DNA of 64,000 bases from positions 9,512 through 73,511 of the IMG/VR virus record IMGVR_UViG_3300016657_000022. One strand, given 5' to 3'. The notes beneath the pieces are model-generated. The model saw only the letters and a list, made by a program, of their open reading frames with translations, was not told the DNA's origin and ran no database searches. Each line of letters begins with the position of its first letter. The first letter of the stretch is position 1. Below, in pieces: positions 1 through 8,221 of the stretch. A program made the position numbers and the translations under genes. This DNA is from a virus. Its lineage: Duplodnaviria; Caudoviricetes.

Positions 1-1957
1 CGTTCCGGCGTCCATCCTTGATGATGAACTCCGGCTTCTGGGTACGTCCGATGTTCTCTTCCGTATCCATCCGGCGATTGTGGTAGACGAACTCGCCCTT
101 CTCGTTCTTGCCGCCCATCTCGGAGAGCTTGGGGATACCCGTCCGCTTGGGCCGGGTCGGCACGATGTTGGGGTTGGCCGCTGCACGCTCTGCCTTGTAG
201 GCGTAGGCTTTCTCCTGCTTGACGGTGAGATCAATCAGGTGGCAGCCCTTGCGTGCGAAGAACTCCCGTGCCTCCTGCACCTTGGCAGGTGCTCGGGGGC
301 AGACGTAGACGAGGCTGTGCTTTGTCTCGCCCAGCCAGTAGCGGGAAAGAGCCGTCTCGTCGCCGTCGCCATCGGCGGGGTCGATCTTGTTGAAGGACAG
401 GATGACGATGTTCCGTGCGAACGGAAGCATGTCCTCCATCCCCCTTGGTTCCCACGTAGTGGCCTGCTTCAGCTTCTCCCGGTCATGGGAGTAGCTGGCC
501 TTCTCCGAGTAGACGAACATCTTGTTCGGCTTCATCGTGTTGCCGTCTTCGCCCATGCCTTTCAGCAGGGGCCACAGCAGATCCTTGTGGAACCAAGTGG
601 ACTCGAATGTCCGCTTGCCACGACGGGACAGGCCGCCCTTCTCCTCACGGAGATAGGCACGACGGTATGCCTTCAGCAGCTTCTTGCCGGGGACGCCGCC
701 GAAGCCTGCTTGGATGAGGGCGTTGACACGACGCACGATGTCCTTGCGTCGGAAGTCGGTGAACTCCGGGTAGGCCGAGGTGGCATACTGCCGGACGAAC
801 TGCGGGAAGCTGGTGAGGTTTGCCTCATCAGCGAAGCGGTTCTCCTGCCGACCATGGTGATAGGTCTGCCCGTTGGACAGACGTTCACGCACGAGCATGT
901 TCGGGATACGCTTCTCGGTCAGGAACAGCTCCGAGGGAGCCAGCTCCAGCCAGCTCATGCCGATCCGTTCGTCGAGGAGCTTGTAGCACTCGGCGGTCAG
1001 ATCCTTGTCCCGGCGTTCGAGGAACGCACGCATCAGCGTCTGGATGGTAGCCAGCGTGTGCTTCTGGTTCGATAGGCTCTCACGGCTGGGCGTGACCGAG
1101 ACGGTGTTCGGGGCAGCCTGAAGCACGAGGGACCACTCGTTGTTGCGGGCGTGGTAGCCAATGCCACTGGCCAGACGGGTCAGGAACTTGGTGATGTCTG
1201 CCCACTCACCGGCGTATTCGGGTGCCGACTCGATGGGGTAGATCACGTTGCCGTACCGGATGACGATGGGGCTGAAGTTCTCCAGCACCTTCTTCTTCGT
1301 GAGCATGAAGCCGTTGGTCATGTCATCGAAGGGCAGGCTGGGCAGCAGCTCACCATTCAGGGTCATCCTCATCGCACCGTTCTGGACGATACGACGGATC
1401 AGTTCATCGAACCGTTTGCGGTCGCCGGACTTGATGGCAATCTTGACCTGAATGCCCTGCTCGTCGGTGGGCACCGTGACGATGGGGATGATCGACGGCT
1501 TGCCGCCGACCTCTGCGTTGGACTTCGACAGACGGTAGATCGTCTTCTGCCCTGCGTGGTGGCTCGTGACCTCGAAGTCATCGACGTATGCGAACGGAGC
1601 CTTGCAGCCCAGTCCGAAGCCGCCAGTGACGTTGCCGTTGGCAACCTTGGTCGAGCCACCATAGACACCGTAGATCGGACCCATCATGTGGGGAGCGATG
1701 CCGATGCCGAAGTCTCGGATGATGAGTTCACTGTCCGTCAACGTGATCTCCACAGCCTTGTCCGTGCAGTCCGACTCGATGTGAATGTCCCATGCGTTGC
1801 ACAGGGTCTCACGGATGACGGCGAGCTTCTGGTCACTGTAGAGGGTGGACGACAGGATGTTGAAGAACTCCGGGCTGTCACTGATCCCGAAGTCGATGGC
1901 CTGTGTGCCTGCGATGGTCACGCTGGTGACGTGATCCTGAACGTGAGTTACCTGCAT
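1..1957 (-). CDS. rIIA: rIIA-like protein (GHKL/HSP90-like ATPase N-terminus), 3'-truncated by window edge
   Basis: Not in the ORF track because it has no stop in the window. Manual translation from ATG 1957 (RBS GGAGA) gives MQVTHVQDH...FFNILSSTLYSDQKLAVIRETLCNAWD...IRDFGIGI...STK...GGFGLGCKAPFAY, typical rIIA motifs; open to base 1. Confidence 0.85.
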   Translation of the reverse strand, partial: MQVTHVQDHVTSVTIAGTQAIDFGISDSPEFFNILSSTLYSDQKLAVIRETLCNAWDIHIESDCTDKAVEITLTDSELIIRDFGIGIAPHMMGPIYGVYGGSTKVANGNVTGGFGLGCKAPFAYVDDFEVTSHHAGQKTIYRLSKSNAEVGGKPSIIPIVTVPTDEQGIQVKIAIKSGDRKRFDELIRRIVQNGAMRMTLNGELLPSLPFDDMTNGFMLTKKKVLENFSPIVIRYGNVIYPIESAPEYAGEWADITKFLTRLASGIGYHARNNEWSLVLQAAPNTVSVTPSRESLSNQKHTLATIQTLMRAFLERRDKDLTAECYKLLDERIGMSWLELAPSELFLTEKRIPNMLVRERLSNGQTYHHGRQENRFADEANLTSFPQFVRQYATSAYPEFTDFRRKDIVRRVNALIQAGFGGVPGKKLLKAYRRAYLREEKGGLSRRGKRTFESTWFHKDLLWPLLKGMGEDGNTMKPNKMFVYSEKASYSHDREKLKQATTWEPRGMEDMLPFARNIVILSFNKIDPADGDGDETALSRYWLGETKHSLVYVCPRAPAKVQEAREFFARKGCHLIDLTVKQEKAYAYKAERAAANPNIVPTRPKRTGIPKLSEMGGKNEKGEFVYHNRRMDTEENIGRTQKPEFIIKDGRRN

Positions 1958-1969
1958 GTCTGTCTCCAA

Positions 1970-2011
1970 AAGAATGAAGGGGAGCTGGACTCACATGCTG
2001 TCCAGCCCCCC
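1970..2011 (-). terminator. intrinsic terminator-like hairpin upstream of rIIA
   Basis: GGGGGGCUGGAC-9nt-GUCCAGCUCCCC followed by UUCAUUCUUUU on the minus strand. Confidence 0.6.
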
Positions 2012-2182
2012 TCTAGTGCTGTTAAACCCTGCACTGGGTAGCCACCTGTTCCGACTCGGATGTGACCAGTTTCCTGCCCGCTCTACATTGCGTGGTGTGA
2101 ATGACCGGGAACGCACACCTTCCACGGAGACTTCATGTCGCTTCGGTCTCACTAGACGTGCCCGGTTCCCACCGGACAAAAA

Positions 2183-2422
2183 TCACACCGTTACGGTGCT
2201 CTCCATTTCGACGACGTGGTACTCGTCCAGCGTCGTCTGGATTTCAGCAGCGAGACGGGCGTTGGTTTCCGCCTTCTCGTCGCCGTCCTTGGTGTTCTTC
2301 GCACGATGTTGCTCGGCGTAGAACAGGAACTGGTAACGGGCCTTCTCAAGCTGACGCTTGAGATCACGGCCCTTCAGAACGATCCGACTGTTGGCAGCCA
2401 GCAGTTCAGTCACTCGATCCAT
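2183..2422 (-). CDS. hypothetical protein
   Basis: 79-aa ORF with AGGAGAAGAG RBS, co-oriented with neighbours. Confidence 0.6.
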   Translation of the reverse strand: MDRVTELLAANSRIVLKGRDLKRQLEKARYQFLFYAEQHRAKNTKDGDEKAETNARLAAEIQTTLDEYHVVEMESTVTV

Positions 2423-2861
2423 TCTCTTCTCCTTCTGGTTCCAATGGAACCTCTTTCATATAGTCCTTTTCGTAACCGCAATTCCCGCAGGTCTTGCTAT
2501 CGAAGAGGCCGGACAGTTCCCACTGCTGGGTGTCCTCATCCCAGCGAGCGGTAGCGTCGCAAGTGATGTCGTCGGAACCGCAGTTGGAGCATACGATCTT
2601 GACCGGGTTGGGCTTGCTGTCCGGCTTGATCTCTTCAGCCGTGATGCGTGCCAATGCACCTGAGGGAAACTTCACATCACGGGTGACGGTCTTGGTGCCG
2701 TTGACCTCATAGAGATCGGCACAGAAGGCCAACAGGAAAGGGCCGGTCACATTCAGGAGACGCTTCACAGTCCGGGGTCGGCCCGGAGCGTAGCGTTCCT
2801 CAACGATCCAGAAATCTCCGGTCTCCCGGTCCATCCTGATGTTCAAATTCTTCGGGTTCAT
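2406..2861 (-). CDS. hypothetical protein with C-terminal Zn-ribbon
   Basis: CSNCGS...CGNCG motif pair; start moved to MNPKN. Confidence 0.6.
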   Translation of the reverse strand: MNPKNLNIRMDRETGDFWIVEERYAPGRPRTVKRLLNVTGPFLLAFCADLYEVNGTKTVTRDVKFPSGALARITAEEIKPDSKPNPVKIVCSNCGSDDITCDATARWDEDTQQWELSGLFDSKTCGNCGYEKDYMKEVPLEPEGEENGSSD

Positions 2862-2913
2862 GGGAGCATCCTTTGAGCCATTTGCCCAGCAGAACACCGA
2901 ACAGAGTGGCTAA

Positions 2914-2957
2914 TAAAAAATAGCCTCCCACGTATAATAAGATCTTCATGGGAGGCT
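2914..2957 (-). terminator. intrinsic terminator
   Basis: AGCCUCCCA...UGGGAGGCU stem followed by AUUUUUUAUU. Confidence 0.65.
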
Positions 2958-3101
2958 CCTTGAATGTGGTGGGTTGCTATCCACGCGACCAACGAGGGTC
3001 ACTGATAGCAGTAAGATCAACAACCTGTGTGGGAACTCAAGTTGTTTACTCACCCTCAGCCACCGGCAGATGGCCACGTCTTAAAACCAAAAAACAAACT
3101 G

Positions 3102-3419
3102 TCAGGTTATGCGTTGCCTTTCAAGTGATCTCTTCACTTTTAGTCCCTTTGCGGTGAGACGATAGTAAGAGAACTCTCGGGCGACAGTTGCCTTCCGGCG
3201 TTGGGTCATCTTCTCGGCAAGGTCGATGTCCTGATAATGCCAATGCAGGAACTCAGCCCCACTATGGGAGAAACGTCCTGCCTTTGACTCCTGCCACTCG
3301 GAAGTGAGCTGGAGCATCGCTCTTCTGGCACCGATGGTAATCCGGCGAGCGATGTAGTCGATGGTGCCTTCTTCATCCCCAACCAGAATTTCGGGGATCA
3401 GGATAGATGTCATGGTCAT
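3102..3419 (-). CDS. hypothetical protein
   Basis: 105-aa ORF; start overlaps the upstream stop. Confidence 0.55.
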   Translation of the reverse strand: MTMTSILIPEILVGDEEGTIDYIARRITIGARRAMLQLTSEWQESKAGRFSHSGAEFLHWHYQDIDLAEKMTQRRKATVAREFSYYRLTAKGLKVKRSLERQRIT

Positions 3420-3814
3420 CGCCGTCGCCTACCATGGCGTTTGGTAGGGTCAAGCGCCAGATAACTGGCATCCCTGCCGTTCTGTTTGACCGGCTTGCGG
3501 TACTCCCTTTCCTCTGGTTCCGGCAACGCCCTAAAGTCGTTGTCGCTTAGCAGATCGAAAAGCTCGGGACCGATTATCGGAGTGATGTCGTCGATGATGA
3601 CCAGATCAGCCTTGAGACCCTGATAGAAGTCGCCTTCGAGGATCTTGTGGATGGTCAAGTGCCCATCCTTCTGTCCCACCAACATAGCGACAGTTCGGGC
3701 TTCCAGCTCGCCGAAATCCATTCCCGAAATTATTGGAATTTCTGGGGAATTTTCCAAAACTGCCATAGGTTCCCGCAGATAAGTTGGGGTAGGATGCCCC
3801 ATCCAACGATCCAT
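3416..3814 (-). CDS. hypothetical protein
   Basis: ORF track 3416..3895; start moved to MDRWM to avoid the lipoprotein ORF. Confidence 0.5.
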   Translation of the reverse strand: MDRWMGHPTPTYLREPMAVLENSPEIPIISGMDFGELEARTVAMLVGQKDGHLTIHKILEGDFYQGLKADLVIIDDITPIIGPELFDLLSDNDFRALPEPEEREYRKPVKQNGRDASYLALDPTKRHGRRRR

Positions 3815-3818
3815 GAAA

Positions 3819-3983
3819 TCAATCAGGCTGTCGGACTTGATCCTGCCGGTGGGCGTTCCGGTAGGCGATGATGCACTCTCCTTCGGGGTGTCCATGGCGA
3901 ACGCACTCCTGAATTGCAGTGGCCTGACCGGGTGCGTTGCACCCGGCCTGAACCAAGAGAAGGGAAAGGACCAGCCGCCTCAC
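3819..3983 (-). CDS. putative small lipoprotein (54 aa)
   Basis: Manual translation MRRLVLSLLLVQAGC|NAPGQ...: basic N-terminus, hydrophobic core, lipobox-like QAGC. The GTG start overlaps (GTGA) the stop of the displaced thyX tail. Confidence 0.5.
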   Translation of the reverse strand: MRRLVLSLLLVQAGCNAPGQATAIQECVRHGHPEGECIIAYRNAHRQDQVRQPD

Positions 3984-4021
3984 AAGACGTACTCACCCTT
4001 GAGCTGCTTGCGATGCTGGAT
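3980..4021 (-). pseudogene. displaced original 3' end of thyX (IQHRKQLKGEYVL*)
   Basis: 14 codons; 10 of 13 residues identical to the current ThyX C-terminus IQFRKTLKGEYVN*. Confidence 0.75.
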
Positions 4022-4461
4022 CACTTGTAATGCTCCACATAATCGGCAACACGACGTATGAGTGCTGGATCGTCTTTCAACTTACCAATAGCATGATTGC
4101 AACAGAGCATTCCTCTGAACTTATTACTCTTATGGCAATGATCTATTGCAAGTTCTTTCCAGCGCCCATCACCAGCATTGCCGCAGATGTCACATAAACC
4201 GTTGTGCGACATAAGGTATTCTAGCAACCAATCTTCAGCGGGTATCCCTAATCGCTTTAGACGATACTTAAATCGTTTCAGTGGATCATTGTGATACCTA
4301 GAACTCGATTGAGCATTTAATTTTTCCCGATTATTCTGTCGGTATGCTCTCATGTAATCCTTGTTGGCTTGTGCTTTTAGAGGATCAGCATCTCGCTTTG
4401 CTCTTGCACGAGCACAAGCCGCTCGCTTATTCTCGGTTGTTTTGAATACTTTAGTTGACAT
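4021..4461 (-). mobile_element. free-standing endonuclease VII-family homing endonuclease (possibly degenerate)
   Basis: CDICG...LAIDHCHKSNKFRGMLC.NHAIG.LKDDP.LIRR.ADY motif; markedly AT-rich relative to flanks. Confidence 0.85.
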
Positions 4462-5401
4462 ACTCACCTTTCAGGGTTTTCCTGAATTGTATCCAGCCGG
4501 AAAGATTGCCGTGCAGGTGGGAGTTTTCCCACTCAGGTTGCCACGACAGGTTCTTGCCGTCGCCAGCGTGACGACTCATCATTGCATCCTTCTGGTCGTA
4601 CCAGTCGGGGGTGCATTGGTGCTCAGCAGGGCTGGCGTGAAGCGGCGTGCTGCCGATCAGACGATCAGCGAGCTTGCGGTCTTCCTCGAACGTGGTCTCA
4701 CGACCATCGTGGGTGAGGTAGGACACACGGGCACACCGGGCCGTCGAGATCAGCTTCAGGTGAGCGAGCTTCTCCTCGTAACGGGGTTCGTCACGGGTGA
4801 TGCGGTTCACCTTGCAGTGAGTATAGGCGTCGTTCCAGTCCTGTGCCCGGCTGGCGAAGGGCAGATGCCACATGCCACGCTGGAGCATCTGGACAGGAGC
4901 AGCAGCGATGCTCTCCTTGATGCACTTGGCCAGCTCGTGGATCTCCGGCTGGGCATCTGGGTGGATACGCAAGGCGTAGAAGTTGTTCCAGCGGCTGGAC
5001 GTGATGAGCGTGTTTATATGTGCCCACGGCTCAAGGATGCGGTTGCCGATCTGCTTGTGCAGGCCGATCCAGTAGAGGATCAGGGCAAAGCCGATGGCCA
5101 TCCACATGGCACCGAGCCAAGCCTTCTTGGCTAGCCAGAGCTTCCAGCCGGTGAGCTGGGCACCTGCCTGCATATTGGGCTTGTTGCTGCCCCAGTAGAT
5201 GGGCATCGCCGGATCACGGATGATGTTCTTGATGAGACGCATGATCGGGATGGCACGGGAGCTAGACGCATTCCGGCTGAAGTCCTTGTGGGTCATTAGC
5301 TCGGCATGGATGAAGTGAGGATAGCGAGCCATGACGGTCGCCACTTCCTTGCCGGTCTCCTGCGACTTGCTCCTGAGAATGATGGTTGCAGAGATAGTCA
5401 T
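4451..5401 (-). CDS. thyX: FAD-dependent thymidylate synthase ThyX
   Basis: YPHFIHAELMTHKDFSRNASSSRAIP, ARCARVSY, HASPAEHQ motifs; start set at MTISA. Confidence 0.9.
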   Translation of the reverse strand: MTISATIILRSKSQETGKEVATVMARYPHFIHAELMTHKDFSRNASSSRAIPIMRLIKNIIRDPAMPIYWGSNKPNMQAGAQLTGWKLWLAKKAWLGAMWMAIGFALILYWIGLHKQIGNRILEPWAHINTLITSSRWNNFYALRIHPDAQPEIHELAKCIKESIAAAPVQMLQRGMWHLPFASRAQDWNDAYTHCKVNRITRDEPRYEEKLAHLKLISTARCARVSYLTHDGRETTFEEDRKLADRLIGSTPLHASPAEHQCTPDWYDQKDAMMSRHAGDGKNLSWQPEWENSHLHGNLSGWIQFRKTLKGEYVN

Positions 5402-5676
5402 TTCCGGTTCCTCAGCATCTCGGTATAGGCTCTCACCTTGTCGAGTTCGGGGTGGTGGTGGATCCACATTCCAGTGGAAGGATCGAAATGCTCACGGAAG
5501 TAAGCATCGAGATCCGGTCGGGTGGTGTCGATTGAGAAGTCAACGAGCTTACAACCTTCGTCGAACTCTTCATCAGAGATGATCGAGTCGTTGTCGATTT
5601 CATATGCGTAGGCAGCGGCTGCCAGCCTCATACGGATGAGGGTTTGTACCTCGGTCGGCGATCCCCATTCGGCCAT
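5398..5676 (-). CDS. stand-alone NAD+-dependent DNA ligase domain Ia-like (Nlig-Ia) protein
   Basis: AAYAYEIDNDSIISDEEFD...TGMWIHHHPEL resembles the Y-Y...ISDxEYD motif of ligase domain Ia. Confidence 0.55.
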   Translation of the reverse strand: MAEWGSPTEVQTLIRMRLAAAAYAYEIDNDSIISDEEFDEGCKLVDFSIDTTRPDLDAYFREHFDPSTGMWIHHHPELDKVRAYTEMLRNRK

Positions 5677-5993
5677 GGGTGTCCCATCCTTTCCAGTCTG
5701 TCAGCAACGACCCGGCCCATGGAAGTAACATCGTAGCAGCAGCCATAATAGCCGAGGTAGTCCTCTCTGGTCATCGTGACCAAGCGGACAAGCTGCTTGT
5801 ATTTCAGGTTCCGAAGGCAGGACCGGGTGATGTCGTAGGACAACCCGGCGTCGGTAGCTATCTCATTGACGTAGGGGTGCCACGTCGGGTGACGAACAGC
5901 GAGAAGCACGGCGGCATGATCGGGAGGGATCTCCCAGATGTGTGCCTGTATCTCGGCTTCCTCCAGCTCGAATGGCGTGGGAGGCCAGTTCAT
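5628..5993 (-). CDS. putative winged-helix DNA-binding protein
   Basis: VNEIATDAGLSYDITRSCLRNLKYKQLV...YDVTSMG pattern. Confidence 0.5.
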   Translation of the reverse strand: MNWPPTPFELEEAEIQAHIWEIPPDHAAVLLAVRHPTWHPYVNEIATDAGLSYDITRSCLRNLKYKQLVRLVTMTREDYLGYYGCCYDVTSMGRVVADRLERMGHPWPNGDRRPRYKPSSV

Positions 5994-6343
5994 GGTTGAG
6001 CCTCCTTGGTTCGGAACAGGCCCGTGATCGGGGCCTGCTTCACGATCTCGTCGAGGCGACCGGCGACGATATTGTAGGGGAAGGGCATGTCGCCCATGTC
6101 ACCCCAGATGGTCGAACGGCTGAGGTCGTCATTGATGCGAACGACCACGCCGAGGCGACGCACGAACTGCTTGTCGTAGTTGCCGTCATGCTCGGTGCGG
6201 ACCCGGAACATCGGGTTCGTGCCTTCCGGGAAGGCGGCCAGATAGCTGGCGAACAGGTCCACGACATCGACGGTGTAAAGCTCGCCCTTGGCGAGTTCAG
6301 TATAGCGGCGGGCAACCTTGGTTGCGAAGGTCTTGAACATCAT
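5990..6343 (-). CDS. conserved phage hypothetical protein (short form)
   Basis: YLAAFPEGTNPMFRVRTEHD..Y.KQFVRRLG.VV.I motif; RBS GGAGA. Confidence 0.6.
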   Translation of the reverse strand: MMFKTFATKVARRYTELAKGELYTVDVVDLFASYLAAFPEGTNPMFRVRTEHDGNYDKQFVRRLGVVVRINDDLSRSTIWGDMGDMPFPYNIVAGRLDEIVKQAPITGLFRTKEAQP

Positions 6344-6378
6344 AATCTCCGGGTATGAGCCGATTGGGGAAATCCCAT

Positions 6379-6413
6379 AAAAAACGCCCCCAAGGAGAAC
6401 CTTGAGGGCGTTT
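6379..6413 (-). terminator. intrinsic terminator
   Basis: AAACGCCC...GGGCGUUU stem plus U tract. Confidence 0.65.
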
Positions 6414-6442
6414 CTTCATAGGACGGATTTGCCGACCGGCAA

Positions 6443-6952
6443 TTAGTGCCGGGTCGGGGCATTCAGTTCAGCACGGATCTCGTCGATCTTGGCGATGCCG
6501 ACACCAGCGTTCCGCATCAGGGTGTCCTGATGGACCTGATCGAGACGCTCGAACGGCACGCCGGGGAACAGACCAGCCGCCAGTGCTTCGGCATAGCCCT
6601 GCACGCGGATCTGGTGGATGTGCTCCTGCATGTGCTCGTGGCAGGCGAGGTGATCCTTCACCCCTTGCTCGGCAGCCGCACGGGCTTCGTCACGCTCACG
6701 GGTGAGACGGGCGATCTGCTCCGACGAAAACTCGACGTAGCTGTTGAAGGCGTCTTCGTCGATGACCGAGGCTTCGGGAGCCTCTTCCGGGATCGAGAAG
6801 CTGAAGCTGGCGACGGCCTCTTCAGCATCGGGACCGGCCTGAGCGACGGCAGCAGCGATACCCTGATCGACCACTTCCTGCGGCAGCGGGGCGAGGCCCA
6901 GCTCTTCGGTCAGGAACTTGTTGAGGTCTTCGAGCGAGGTGAACATCTTCAT
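6443..6952 (-). CDS. hypothetical acidic/coiled-coil protein
   Basis: Start moved to MKMFT (RBS GGAGAG); strong GC3 codon bias. Confidence 0.65.
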   Translation of the reverse strand: MKMFTSLEDLNKFLTEELGLAPLPQEVVDQGIAAAVAQAGPDAEEAVASFSFSIPEEAPEASVIDEDAFNSYVEFSSEQIARLTRERDEARAAAEQGVKDHLACHEHMQEHIHQIRVQGYAEALAAGLFPGVPFERLDQVHQDTLMRNAGVGIAKIDEIRAELNAPTRH

Positions 6953-6974
6953 GGGAAAATCTCTCCGACACTGA

Positions 6975-7011
6975 GATGAAAATGGGGGGAGGCGTGTCAG
7001 TCTCCCCCCAT
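6975..7011 (-). terminator. intrinsic terminator after HU gene
   Basis: AUGGGGGGAG...CUCCCCCCAU stem plus UUUC. Confidence 0.65.
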
Positions 7012-7034
7012 CAGCCTTGGTACGACCCGAAGGC

Positions 7035-7304
7035 TTAGAGAACGTCCTTGAGCGTCTTCGACGCCGAGAACTTGACCGCCTTGCTTGCAGCGATGGTGAT
7101 CGCCGCGCCGGTGGCGGGATTGCGGCCCTCACGCTCGGGGCGGTCGTTGACCTTGAACTTGCCGAAGCCGTTGAGGCTGACTTCGTTGCCAGCGGCGAGG
7201 CTGGTCGTCAGGGCCGAGATCACAGCGTCCACGTTTTTCTTGGCATCAGCTTTCGAGGATCCGGTGATACCGGCAACGCTGTCGATCAGATCAGAGGTGT
7301 TCAT
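7035..7304 (-). CDS. hup: HU histone-like DNA-binding protein
   Basis: MNTSDLID...VSLNGFGKFKV..RPEREGRNPATG..ITIAASK.VKF. Confidence 0.95.
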   Translation of the reverse strand: MNTSDLIDSVAGITGSSKADAKKNVDAVISALTTSLAAGNEVSLNGFGKFKVNDRPEREGRNPATGAAITIAASKAVKFSASKTLKDVL

Positions 7305-7331
7305 CTTCGATTGTCCTTTCGGATTGGTTCA

Positions 7332-7353
7332 CAAACAAACCAAGAAAAGAACT
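7332..7353 (-). promoter_or_regulatory. candidate phage middle-promoter motif
   Basis: Plus-strand AACC(C)AAGAAAAGAACT, recurring at ~14259-14275 and (variant) ~22996-23016, each 25-55 nt upstream of a minus-strand unit. Confidence 0.35.
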
Positions 7354-7396
7354 ATCAGATATCTTGGGGGGTCGTAAACCCCCAAAACACGGGTTA

Positions 7397-8035
7397 TTAG
7401 TTCCTGTTACGACAAAATGGACCACAATCTTCGGTCCGGTGACACCCATCTTTAGAGCAGATGGGCTTGCTCGATTGGCGACCGTACATGGTCTCCGCCA
7501 GTGCTTTATTGTCCCTTGGGCTGGACATGCGAGCCTCCTGCGGACCGGCTTCCTGATCCTGATACTTACCCACGTAAAGGGCGTTCTCCTGAATGGTCTC
7601 GAAGATAACCTGACAAATGCCGGAACCAGCAGGAATGATGAGATCATCCATTCCGTGATAGAGCAGCTCGATGGTGAGGAAGCCATGCCAGCCGGGTTCG
7701 ATGTTGGTGGTCATGGAGGCGTCCAGACCCTTACGCGCCCATGTGGACTTGTTCAGCACACGTCCCATGAGGAACGTGGGCATGTTGAACTCCTCCATAC
7801 TGGAACCAAGGGCAAGGATGCCCTGCACATGACGTGCCGGACCATTGACCGGCTCGATCTGCACCATGGGGTGCAACGAGAGATTATGCTTGCCAGTGAA
7901 GTGAATGCTCTCGGCAATGCGGATGTCGTAACCGCACTCGGTCAGTCCGTAGCTGGTCACTGGACCTTGCACCTTCTCGGTGAGCATGTCCTTGATGGGG
8001 GCAGCACGAAGCAGCCCGGTGCGGTTGACGATCAT
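7397..8035 (-). CDS. dcd: dCTP deaminase
   Basis: SYGLTECGYDIR, NKSTWARKG, IEPGWHGFLTIEL, GSGICQVIF, Y.GKYQDQ. Confidence 0.9.
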   Translation of the reverse strand: MIVNRTGLLRAAPIKDMLTEKVQGPVTSYGLTECGYDIRIAESIHFTGKHNLSLHPMVQIEPVNGPARHVQGILALGSSMEEFNMPTFLMGRVLNKSTWARKGLDASMTTNIEPGWHGFLTIELLYHGMDDLIIPAGSGICQVIFETIQENALYVGKYQDQEAGPQEARMSSPRDNKALAETMYGRQSSKPICSKDGCHRTEDCGPFCRNRN

Positions 8036-8220
8036 TTCGAGGATTTCCTCTGCTTGCTGGCGAGCTTGTTGGCCTTCCGACGCTTCTGGACGGCCTTGCT
8101 CTTCTTCGGCTTGGTTCCCTTACGGGACTTGCCGTAGAGCTGGTTGATGAAGCTCAGCGGATCTCCGCTGGGCGAGGATGCAACTGCCTGCATGGCAGCG
8201 AGAACGGCTTCTCCGTACAT
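8032..8220 (-). CDS. small basic hypothetical protein
   Basis: 62-aa Lys-rich ORF with overlapping start/stop. Confidence 0.5.
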   Translation of the reverse strand: MYGEAVLAAMQAVASSPSGDPLSFINQLYGKSRKGTKPKKSKAVQKRRKANKLASKQRKSSK

Positions 8221-8221
8221 A

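Noticed and set aside
80-2041. Plus-strand ORFs 80..1075 and 1151..2041
   Set aside because: Antisense shadows of the rIIA gene, which is missing from the track only because it runs off the window
7397-7530. Cys-containing C-terminal extension on dCTP deaminase
   Set aside because: May be a fused small ORF, but it is too short and unsupported to claim a function
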